Positions 1-9,800 of a stretch of DNA of 64,000 nt are shown here, one piece after another. Both the position numbers and the translations under genes were made by a program. The notes below the pieces were generated by a model, which saw only the letters and a list, made by a program, of their open reading frames with translations, was not told the DNA's origin and ran no database searches. Each line of letters opens with the position of its first letter. Positions within the stretch are counted from its first letter, which is position 1. The stretch comes from Dictyostelium discoideum (taxonomy: Eukaryota), in the NCBI GenBank assembly GCA_000004695.1, contig CM000150.2:3072001-3136000 (forward strand), given 5' to 3'.

Positions 1-419
1 TATCAATTGTAACACCTTCAACTATGATTCAACCAATTAATTTAAATACAACAGCAGCAACAACAACAACTTCAATAACAACCACATCAACATCATCAAC
101 AACAACAACAACAACAATTGATAATAATACAAATAGTAGTATTAGTAGTGGTAATGGTGATGATACTTCATCTTCATCTAGCGATGATGAAGATGATGAT
201 AGTGGTGATGGTTCAAATTCTGGTTCATCCTCATCATCGTCAGCAACAAAATCAAATCTTCCATTAGCTGATATATCTCAATTCTCTGGATGCAGATATG
301 ATTATGCAATGAGACCTAAATTTCATATCACTGAATTTGGTCCATGGTTGTTAACTGCTCATTCAAGTTATTTCCTTTCAAAAGAAGTTTTAAATTTTAT
401 TGGTTTAAATTTAAATTAA
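1..419 (+). CDS. C-terminal part of a DDHD-domain (PA-PLA1-like) protein, 5'-truncated by the window edge; tandem paralogue of the gene at 947..2455
   Basis: Reading frame is open from position 3 to the stop at 417-419. C-terminus ...CRYDYAMRPKFHITEFGPWLLTAHSSYF..FIGLN aligns with the C-terminus of the downstream gene (YRFDYAIKPTGIHISEYSPLLTAHSDYW..FIGNS). Upstream is an acidic/Ser-rich low-complexity linker, as in the paralogue. Confidence 0.5.
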   Translation, partial: SIVTPSTMIQPINLNTTAATTTTSITTTSTSSTTTTTTIDNNTNSSISSGNGDDTSSSSSDDEDDDSGDGSNSGSSSSSSATKSNLPLADISQFSGCRYDYAMRPKFHITEFGPWLLTAHSSYFLSKEVLNFIGLNLN

Positions 420-634
420 ATTTAATAATCCAAGTAGTAATAACAAGTAATAATAATAATAATGCAATCAAAAAGCAAATTTGCTTTAAATCTAATATTT
501 ATTTATATATATACATTCAATCTTATTTATTTATTTAATATAATTTTATTTAGTTTTATTTTTTAATTAAAAAAAAAATAATAAAAAAAATAAAAAATAA
601 AAAAAAGTATTCAAAAAAAAAAAAAAAAAGTATT

Positions 635-678
<44 letters not shown>

Positions 679-918
679 TATCTTTGGTGTGAAAAGATTT
701 GGGCGGGTGGGAAAAAAAACCGCTTTAGATATTTATTTTTTTTATTTATTTTTTTTTCAAAATGATGACCCAAGCAACACTGTTTTTTTAGTATTTTTTT
801 TATTTTTTTATAAATTTTTTTTTTTTTTTTTTTTTTATTTCTGTTTCTAATTTCGTATTTGGTTTTTTTTTAATCATAAAGTAAATTATATATTTATTCC
901 TACACACAGGAAAAAATC

Positions 919-946
<28 letters not shown>

Positions 947-950
<4 letters not shown>

Positions 951-2455
951 AGGCAAATAGTAATGGTGGTGGAAGTAGTAATTCATTTTTAGATTTGAAA
1001 AAAGAAGGAAATAGTTCAAATGGTGGCGAAAAAGTATTTGTTACAATCGGACAACATAAACTTGATTTAAAAATGAAAAGTGCTAGAACTTCAAATATTC
1101 CAGATTTACAAGATATATCAATTGAGCATCAACCACCACCTCCACCTTGTCCATATGATCATTTAGTTTTAGTTGTCCATGGTATTGGTAAAGTAAGTTA
1201 ATATAATTTTAATTTTAATTTATATTAATATAATTTTATTTTTATTTTTTTATTTTTTATTAATTTTTTTTTTTTTTTTTAACAATAATAGCATGATTCA
1301 GGATATTTTGAAATGATTGAAAAATTAAATAAAAAATTTGATAAAATGTTTGCATATGGTAGTAATTGTGGTATGAAAAGAGTTAAATTTATTGCAATTG
1401 AATGGCATTCAGTTATTAGAGAAGATTTAGGTACAATTATACAAGATGTAACACCAGCATCAACACATGCAAAATCATTACCAAAAGCAATTAGAGCAGC
1501 AATTGATGATAGTTTTATGGATTATGTTTTATTTAATGATTTTGAATTTTCAAAGAAAATCTATACCGAAGTTACAGATCAATTAAATAATCAATATATG
1601 GAATTCTTAAAAACTTATCCAGCATTCGATGGAAAAGTATCATTATATTCCCACAGTTTAGGTTCACTCATTTGTTATGACATTTTAACTAATCAACCAA
1701 CCGATGCATTATGTCAATCAGATGATCAAAGACAATTTGTAAAAGATGGTGATAGTAATATAGCAAGTTGGAAAAAATTTAGAGCATCTCAATTACATCA
1801 AGAGAAATTACAACATTTGGATGTAAATCCAATAAAAAGAGAATTCAAACATCCACATAGCTCAACTTTCTTACCATTGGTTTTTCAAACTTATAATTTA
1901 TTTACAACTGGTTCTCCAATTGGTATAATTTGTGGTTTACGTCGTTATAATCATTTTCCAATTCCTTCAGTTATTAATTGGTTTAACATTTACAATATTT
2001 GTGATCCAGTAGCTTATTTAATTGAACCATTAATTGATAAATCTTTTAAACAACTTCCAACTTATTTCCTCCCAAAATTTAGAACTGGTTCAAAAAAAAA
2101 AAGTAATAATAATGGTGATTCCTCTTCAGAAGATGAGTTGGAAAGTTTATTTATAAATAAAAGAGCTTCTTCAACTTTAACTGATGAGGTTAATGGTAAT
2201 AATTATAATAGTAATAATAGTAATGTAGATCAACCACCACCACAACAACAACAACAACAATCTCAACAATCTCAACAACAACCACAAAATCCAGACTCTT
2301 CAAAAGATGAAAAACCATTTTCAAACTATAGATTCGATTATGCAATTAAACCTACTGGTATTCATATTTCTGAATATTCACCTTTATTAACTGCTCATTC
2401 TGATTATTGGATGGCCGGTAATGTTTTATATTTCATCGGTAATAGTTTAAAATAA
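947..2455 (+). CDS. DDHD-domain phospholipase A1-like / serine-lipase protein (2 exons: 947..1192, 1292..2455; intron 1193..1291 GTAAGT..AG)
   Basis: Exon 1 ends ...LVLVVHGIGK followed by GTAAGT. Exon 2 is in phase after ..aataatAG and continues HDSGYFEMIEKL... A GxSxG lipase motif (LYSHSLGSL) and a DDHD-type motif (ICDPVAYLIEP) are present. C-terminal YRFDYA...LTAHSDYW is typical of the DDHD domain. Poly-Q/N linker from CAA/AAT repeats. Confidence 0.6.
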
Positions 2456-2691
2456 TTATGGAAATTTGTATTTTTAATAATAAAAAAAAAAAAAAAGAAA
2501 AATAAGATTTAAATTTAAATTTAAAAAAAAAAAATAATAATAATAATAATCTTTATTAAATATTATGCATAAACTGTATTAATGTTTGCATTTATTTTTC
2601 TTTTTTTTTTTTTTTTTTTTTCTTTTTTCTAAAAGAAATTTTACTTTTATACACTTGGGGGTTTCTTTTTTTTTTTTTTTTTTTTTTTTTT

Positions 2692-3105
2692 TTATCCAAA
2701 ACAAAAAAATCTTTTAAAAAAGGATTGTTTTTTAAAATCATTTCCATCATTTTGATCTAAAGAAATTATTGAATATCCATCCTTTTCAATATAATCAGCT
2801 TCATTTAAATCTTCATCTTTTGGTGACTCTAATTCCAGAATCTGATCTCTTTCCAATATTTTTAATTTTTCAGTTTCTTTTTCATTTTTATTATTTTCAT
2901 TTTTAATTTCATTTTCATCATCCACTATAATTGATGAAACTAATACCTCTTGTTTAAAATGAGTTTCTTGATTGGATATTATTACTGATTTATTATTAGA
3001 ATTTGTGAATATTACTTGATTAGCTAAAGGGATTTCATTTATATCATTTTCTTTATTTTTAAAATTATTGTTTTTATTATTTTTTTTTTTTAATTCCATT
3101 TTCAT
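2692..3105 (-). CDS. Small hypothetical protein (137 aa), partial paralogue of the N-terminal region of the Cu-ATPase at 6895..11055
   Basis: ORF contains IPLANQVIFTNSNNKSVIISNQ and GYSIISLDQNDGNDFKKQSF. The ATPase N-terminus has IPLFNQVIFTNSYNNSKVVLDDNQ and GSIVSLDMDSLNSAIIMEPNFQKDY. Two collinear matching blocks make a chance low-complexity match unlikely. Confidence 0.35.
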   Translation of the reverse strand: MKMELKKKNNKNNNFKNKENDINEIPLANQVIFTNSNNKSVIISNQETHFKQEVLVSSIIVDDENEIKNENNKNEKETEKLKILERDQILELESPKDEDLNEADYIEKDGYSIISLDQNDGNDFKKQSFFKRFFCFG

Positions 3106-3217
3106 TTTATTTTATTTTTTTTATTTTTTTTTCTTCTCCTTTATAACAATTATTATTATTTTTAATTAAATCAAACATTTTTTTTTTTTTATTTATCGAG
3201 TTTTTTTTTTTTCTTTC

Positions 3218-3248
<31 letters not shown>

Positions 3249-3848
3249 GTCCAAAATTAAATATAACTTTAAAAAAAATTATAACCCTTGTTTTTGATTA
3301 AATGTGACCACGTTGCACCTGTTTAATTATTTCGTTTTTTTTTTTTTTTTTTATTTTTTCAAGATTTCGTCATTTTTATTTTTTTAATCTAAAAAAACTA
3401 ATCGAAAAAAATAATTTCATTCTTTTTTTAATATTAATAAATTCTATTAATAAATTTTATTTTAGAAAAATATAATAATATAAATATTACTAAAATAGTT
3501 TTATTTTAATTTTTAATTTTTATTTCTTAATAGGTTTTGTTTTAATTTTATTTTCTTTTATTTATTTTTTTTTTTTTTTTTAATTATTTTTTATTATATA
3601 GTTGTTTAATTATTTTTAAAATTTTTTTTACATTTTTTTACTTAATTTAAATCTAGAAAAATAAAAAAGAAAATAAAAATCAAGAATTATGATTGTTTTT
3701 TTTTGTGTTTAAATTCTATGAATTATTTTCATAAAAAAATCTTTTTTTTTTTTTAAATTTTTATGACCCTCATAATTTTTTTTTATTTTTTTTTTTATTT
3801 TTTTTTTCCAACCAAATATAATAAATACAACTACATATACAATTAAAG

Positions 3849-3930
3849 ATGATGGAAGAAGAAGAAGATAATGAGTTAGATTTAAGTATACCAGTATGTT
3901 ATTAATTTATTAATTGATTCATTAATTGAT

Positions 3931-3981
<51 letters not shown>

Positions 3982-5228
3982 GGACTAATTTTTTTTTTTT
4001 TTTAAAAAAAAAGGTAAAATCATTATTAGAGGATATCTCATGTCCAATTTGTTTAAATTTTATAGAAGAATGCTCAACACTTAGTTGTGGTCACAATTTT
4101 TGTCACAAATGTGTTTCAGAATGTATAAATAGAAATCATAAATGTCCATTATGTAATAAAACAGCACTAAAAGAGAATATATATAGAAATCATCAATTTG
4201 AAAAAATTATAAAAATTATACGTATAGAAAAAGAAAAATCAAAAACTATTTATTATGATAATTTAATTTCTGGTGCATCAAATGGAAAAATAACAACAAC
4301 AACAACAACAAATAATAATAATAATAATAATAATAATAATTCAAATGATAAATTATTAAATATTAATGAAGATAATTCAAATTCATCACCAGTTGAACAA
4401 TTATTTAAAAAATATTTAAAATCATCATTAATTTCATTTGAAAGTCATTATCAAGATTTATCAAAACCCTATAATGATAATGTAAAGAAAATCAATTCTA
4501 AAATGCAAGAGAATATTGATAGAGTTAGTGCTAATACCAACACAGCATCAATGAGTGAAATATTAATTGACCAAATTAGAAAAGAGTATCAAATTAAACA
4601 AGATAAATTAAAAGAAGATTTTAAAATCTCAACCAATTATTTATTATCATCATTGGAAGATTATTTAAAGAAAGCGGCAGTACCACCATCATTTATCAAT
4701 ATTTATACAAGTATTATGATACCTGAACGTGATATAATATTTGATCATTGTTCATTTAAACCAACATCATGTCTATCGGATATTCGTGCAACTCTAGTTG
4801 AGAAACTTAATAATCGTGGTGACAAATTTCAATTCATTTCATTCAATGACGATTCTCATTTCGTAGCTTTAAAACCCACAAGTATGTTAATCGATGGTAG
4901 TGATAGTAATGAAATTAAACTAATCGATGAATTGAAACCACTTTACTTTTATCAAATTCCTCAAGGTTCAAAGATACAATTACGTGGTGGCATTCAATTA
5001 AAAGGTGATATACCAAAAGAATGTTTCAAAAAACTCTTTGTACCAGATCAAAATATGACTATGGATTATTATCGTTGTGAAGATTGTAAAGTAAATTGGA
5101 TTTGTAAAAATTGTTCAGAATTTTGTCATAAAGGTCATAAAATAGTTAGTTACATTTTAAATCATAAACCAGCTTATGGATGTTGTTATGATGAAAAATT
5201 TAAATGTTGTAAATTAATAAATAAATAA
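3849..5228 (+). CDS. RING-finger (C3HC4) protein, probable E3 ubiquitin ligase, with a C-terminal Cys/His-rich zinc-finger-like motif (2 exons: 3849..3893, 4014..5228)
   Basis: Exon 1 is ATG ATG GAA... (MMEEEEDNELDLSIP) followed by GTATGT at 3894. The acceptor is ..aaaaaaaaAG at 4012-4013. Exon 2 starts VKSLLEDISCPICLNFIEECSTLSCGHNFCHKCVSECINRNHKCPLCNK, a canonical RING. The frame is open to the stop at 5226-5228. The C-terminus has CEDCKVNWICKNCSEFCHKGHKIV. There is no internal Met before 4503, so exon 1 is needed for a start. Confidence 0.6.
3935..3980. repeat. (ATTT)n microsatellite inside the RING-gene intron
   Basis: atttatttatttattt... about 11 units, immediately before the region containing the acceptor. 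Confidence 0.8.
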
Positions 5229-5275
5229 ATTAAATTAATAAATTAAATTAATAAATTAAATTAATAAAAGTTTTT
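5226..5275. repeat. Triple tandem 13-mer (taaattaataaat)x3 in the 57-bp gap between convergent gene ends
   Basis: It starts at the RING-gene stop codon (5226-5228) and ends about 10 bp before the thiolase stop (5286-5288, minus strand). Confidence 0.6.
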
Positions 5276-5285
5276 TATTATTTTT

Positions 5286-6470
5286 TTATAATTTTGAAAT
5301 TGGTTTATATGAACAATTTTCAATAATTGTTGCAGTTGCTTGACCAAAACCAATACACATTGTTTGAAGTGCGTATTTTTTATTTGATCTTTCTAATTCA
5401 TTTACCATTTTAGTCATAAGAATACAACCAGTTGCACCTAATGGATGACCATGTGCGATTGCACCACCATTTGGATTAATTTTATCTAAATCAATATTTA
5501 ATTCCTTTTTCCAACCTAAAACTACAGATGCAAAGGCTTCATTAATTTCATATAGATCAATTTGATCTTTAGTGAGACCACTCTTTTCCAATGCTTTAAT
5601 AGTTGCTGGAATTGGACCTAATAGCATATATTCTGGATCAGAGCCAACTACTGTACAAGTTACAATACGAGCACGTGGTTTTAATCCTAATTTCTTAACT
5701 AAACGACCACTAACCAATAGGACAGCAGAAGCACCATCGCTGATTTGTGAAGCATTTGCAGCACTAATCTTACCATTTGGCTTGAATGGGGTTTTTAAAG
5801 TTGACATTTTCTTATAATCTACTGGAACACGAATACCTTCATCTTTATCAACAACTTTACCATCTTGAAGGGTGACTGGGATGATTTGGTCTTTGAAATA
5901 GCCTTTCTTTGTTGCGTTATCTGCTAATTCGTGAGATCTACCAGAGAATTTATCGATTTCATCTCTTGTTAAATTATATTTCTCTGCAATCATTTCAGAG
6001 GAAACACCTTGATGAAGTACTTTGAAATTAAAACCTTCTACAAATTTAGGATTATCTAATTGCCAATCACTGCCCATTGGTACTATACTCATCATTTCTA
6101 CACCACAGCCAATAACAATATCCATATCACCTGATCTAATTGCTTGCGAGCCAAAATGGATAGCTTGTTGACCTGATCCACACATTCTATTTAATTGAAC
6201 ACCTGGCACATTGATTGGTAATCCGGCTTTTAATGCTGCAAATCTTGCTATGTTTGCACCTTGTTCTCTTAATGGTGATACAACACCACAAATAACATCT
6301 TCAACTAATCCTCTATCAACATTTGGATTTCTTTTCATTAATTGGTCCAGTGTATATGATAATAAATCAATTGGTTGTATTGAATGTAATGATCCATTAC
6401 TATATCCTCTACCAATTGGTGTACGAATACAATCAACTATATAAACTTCATTTGTTGTTGTTGTAGTCAT
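5286..6470 (-). CDS. Thiolase (acetyl-CoA acetyltransferase / 3-ketoacyl-CoA thiolase) with C-terminal -SKL (PTS1-like)
   Basis: Uninterrupted 394-aa ORF, ATG at 6470..6468. Thiolase signatures are NRMCGSGQQAI (active-site Cys), NGGAIAHGHPLGATG and CIGFGQATATII. The C-terminus is ...YKPISKL. Confidence 0.9.
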   Translation of the reverse strand: MTTTTTNEVYIVDCIRTPIGRGYSNGSLHSIQPIDLLSYTLDQLMKRNPNVDRGLVEDVICGVVSPLREQGANIARFAALKAGLPINVPGVQLNRMCGSGQQAIHFGSQAIRSGDMDIVIGCGVEMMSIVPMGSDWQLDNPKFVEGFNFKVLHQGVSSEMIAEKYNLTRDEIDKFSGRSHELADNATKKGYFKDQIIPVTLQDGKVVDKDEGIRVPVDYKKMSTLKTPFKPNGKISAANASQISDGASAVLLVSGRLVKKLGLKPRARIVTCTVVGSDPEYMLLGPIPATIKALEKSGLTKDQIDLYEINEAFASVVLGWKKELNIDLDKINPNGGAIAHGHPLGATGCILMTKMVNELERSNKKYALQTMCIGFGQATATIIENCSYKPISKL

Positions 6471-6894
6471 TTTTATTTAATAAATTTTTTATGTGTATTA
6501 TTTTAATTTTTTTTTTTTTATTATTATTAAAAAAAAAAAATTAAATTTCAAAAAATAAAAAAAAAACAAAAATTTTAAAATAAAATTTAAAAAAAATAAA
6601 ATAAATATCTCATGTTGCCATTTTTTACCAAAATAAAAAATAAATCAATTCTTTACAAAAATTAATTAAAAACAAAAAATAAATTTGATTTTCTTTTTAC
6701 TATTATTTTTTTTTTTTTTTTTATTACCAAAAAAAAGTATAATTCATTTCATTTTAATTTTAATTTTGTTTTTTTAATAATAAAGCTAAAAGATCAAAGA
6801 AAACTTGGAAGAGGAGATTAAACAATTTTAGTTTGTCTTTTATTTTTTTTTTTTTATTTTTTTTATTTTTTTTTTTCCTTTAGAAGATAATCTT

Positions 6895-9800
6895 TTAATT
6901 CTTATTTTGATATTTATAGTTATTTAAAGTTAAAGAAAATAAAACTACTGGTAGTGAAGATAATAATTCAGATAAACCGGCCAAAGCAGGTGGAATTGTA
7001 AACCATGGATATAAAATACCACTTGAAAGAGGAATACCTAAAAGATTATAGATGAATGCCCAAAATAAATTAAATTTAATAGTTTTGAAAATTGATTTTG
7101 ATAAATCAAAACAAACCAAAATATCATTTAAATCATTTTTTAGTAATATAACACTTGATGATTCAATTGCAATATCTGTACCATTTGAAATTGAAATACC
7201 AATATCTGATTGAACCAAAGCTAATGAATCATTTACACCATCACCAACCATTACAACAATTGATTTATTTTTACCATTATTACTATTATTATCACTGCCA
7301 CTACAACCAACACTGGCACCATTAAAACCATCACCACCATCAGTACCACAACAATTATCTTCAGTTGTATTATAACCTTGTAATTTTCTAACGATATTGA
7401 ATTTATCAATTGGTAATGCTGAACCAATAATATTACCCGAATTAATATTTAATTGTTCACCAATTGATTGAGTTGCTCTTTTATTATCACCACTAACTAA
7501 CCAAACATCAATACCATTATTTTTTAATTTTGAAATTACTTTTTTTGCTTCTGGTTTCAATTTATCAGATAATGAAACTAATCCAATAATTTTCTCATTC
7601 ATTGATACTAAAATTACTGTTTTCCCTTGATTCTCTAATTTATCAATATCATTTTGAATCACTGAATTAATTATAACTTCCTTTGATTGACTTTTTGATA
7701 GTTGTGATGATGACGAAGAGCAACAACCTTTCTTACAATCACTACCATTGCTAATAGAAGTTGGTGGTGGTGCTGGACAACAACCTTTCTTACAATCACT
7801 GCTATTGCTAATAGAAGTTGGTGGTGGTGGTGGTAATGATGGACAACAACCTTTCTTACAATCACTACCATTGCCAGTAGAAATTGGTGGTGCTGCTGCT
7901 GCTGGACAACAACCTTTCTTACATTCACTGCCATTGCTAATAGAAGTTGGTGGTGGTGGTGGTGGTGGTAATGATAGACAACAACCTTTCTTACAATCAT
8001 CAGATTTTGAATTAATTAATTGACTTGATTGTAATGGTGATTGACAAGAATCAATTTTATTATTATTATTTGATAATTGTTCAACAATAAAAGATTGATT
8101 ACCAACCATAATTTTATTATTATTAATAAAAGAAATAATACCTTTTCCAGGATGAACTTCACTATTTGTTGGTTCTTGTAGTGCTTTTTCTAAAGTGAAT
8201 TGTTGAATTGCATATTGTTTAATTGATTTACCAATTAAATGTTCACTTGATAATTCAGCGGATGCAGTATAGAAAAAGAATTGTTTTGGTGAAATTGATT
8301 GATCATATATTGAGAAATGATTTATATCGATTTCACCAGTTGTTAAAGTACCAGTTTTATCAAATATGACCTTGTTGACTTTACTTGCCAATTCAATTAC
8401 TTGACCACCACCTTTGAATAGAATACCAAATTTCTTTGCACCAATTGCACTACCAACCATAATTGATGTTGGCGTTGCTAATGAGATCGCACAAGGACAT
8501 GAAATTACCATTAATGACATACTAATTTTAATTGCAAAAGTGAATGCTGATTGATTATCAGTGGCAATGACAACATTATAGTGAATTAAACAAAACCAAA
8601 CTATAAATGTAATTATTGAGCATATTAATATGGTTGGTACGAAATAAGATGCAACTAAATCTGCATAGTTTTGAAAGTTTGGTTTAATTGATTGACTCTC
8701 TTCAACCAATTTAATAATATTTGATAATGCTGTATCATTTGAATGTTTTGTAACTTTAATAATTAAACAACCCTTTTGATTCATTGTTCCACCAAAAACG
8801 TAATCATCAATTCTCTTATAGACATGATTTGCTTCACCAGTTATAATTGATTCATCAATATATCCACCATTACCTCTAATTATAATACCATCAGTTGGAA
8901 TCTTTGTAAATGGTAATACTTTTAAAATATCACCTTTTTCAATTAACTCTTTTTCAATCATTATTTCTTGTTCACTACCTACATCTTTATTATTATTATT
9001 TGATAATAGAATTGCATTTGATGAATCTAATTGTTTCATTTTTTCGACTAATACATTTGATGCTTTTGATTTTGCTAAGTGTTCTAAATATCTACCAAGA
9101 ATAATTAATGTTAAAAGTATAACACAAGTTTCAAAGAAAATTGGACCATTATAATTCAATGAGGAGAAATGATTTAAAATTAAATTAATTAGAGAATAAA
9201 AGTAAGCAATCGTACTACTTGTCATAACTAATAAATCCATACTACATTTTCTTGCATAAATCAAAGTTTTCCAAGCTGAAATATACAATGGTTTACCACA
9301 ATAAAATTGAATTGGTGTTGCAAATGATAATAATAATAAAATTGACATTGTAATACCTTTACCAATTTCAAATTCCATAACTTCTTTAACTGATTTAATA
9401 TTTGGAAAAATATATGAAATTAAAATTGTTGGTATAAATAATAAAATACAAAACATTAATAATGATTTTAAGTTATTATTATTATTATCTTTTGAATTAT
9501 TATTCTTATTATTGGAATTATTATTATTATTTAATTTTGTATTTGGTTGAATTTTAAAATTATCACCAAATATAAGTTGGATTTCTTTTAATAGATTACG
9601 TGGTCCAATTTTATCAGTATCATAAACAATTGTAAGTTTATCATTAACCGAACCAGATTCTTCGATAGCATCTAAAACACCATCAATTGATAATTTAATA
9701 TTTTCAATTAATTGATCATTTAATATTGTTGTTAATGTTGAAGTTGGTGATAATGATATGATTTCAATTGTAATTTGATTTGAATTTGATGATTGACCAT

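Noticed and set aside
567-773. Poly-F/poly-K ORFs across the window (567..773, 11176..11409, 14721..14915, 18640..18858, 20061..20243, 23806..24051, 26334..26528, 38893..39134, 39535..39879, 55927..56165, 58042..58266, 59230..59650, 62561..62755, 63215..63397)
   Set aside because: They are translations of poly(A)/poly(T) or simple-repeat DNA in intergenic regions, introns or antisense to coding repeats. There is no complexity and no motifs.
7671-8023. ORFs 7671..8000 (-) and 7748..8023 (+), His-rich and Gly/Gln-rich
   Set aside because: They are alternative-frame or opposite-strand readings of the CKKGCC tandem repeat inside the ATPase CDS. The periodic repeat keeps several frames open.
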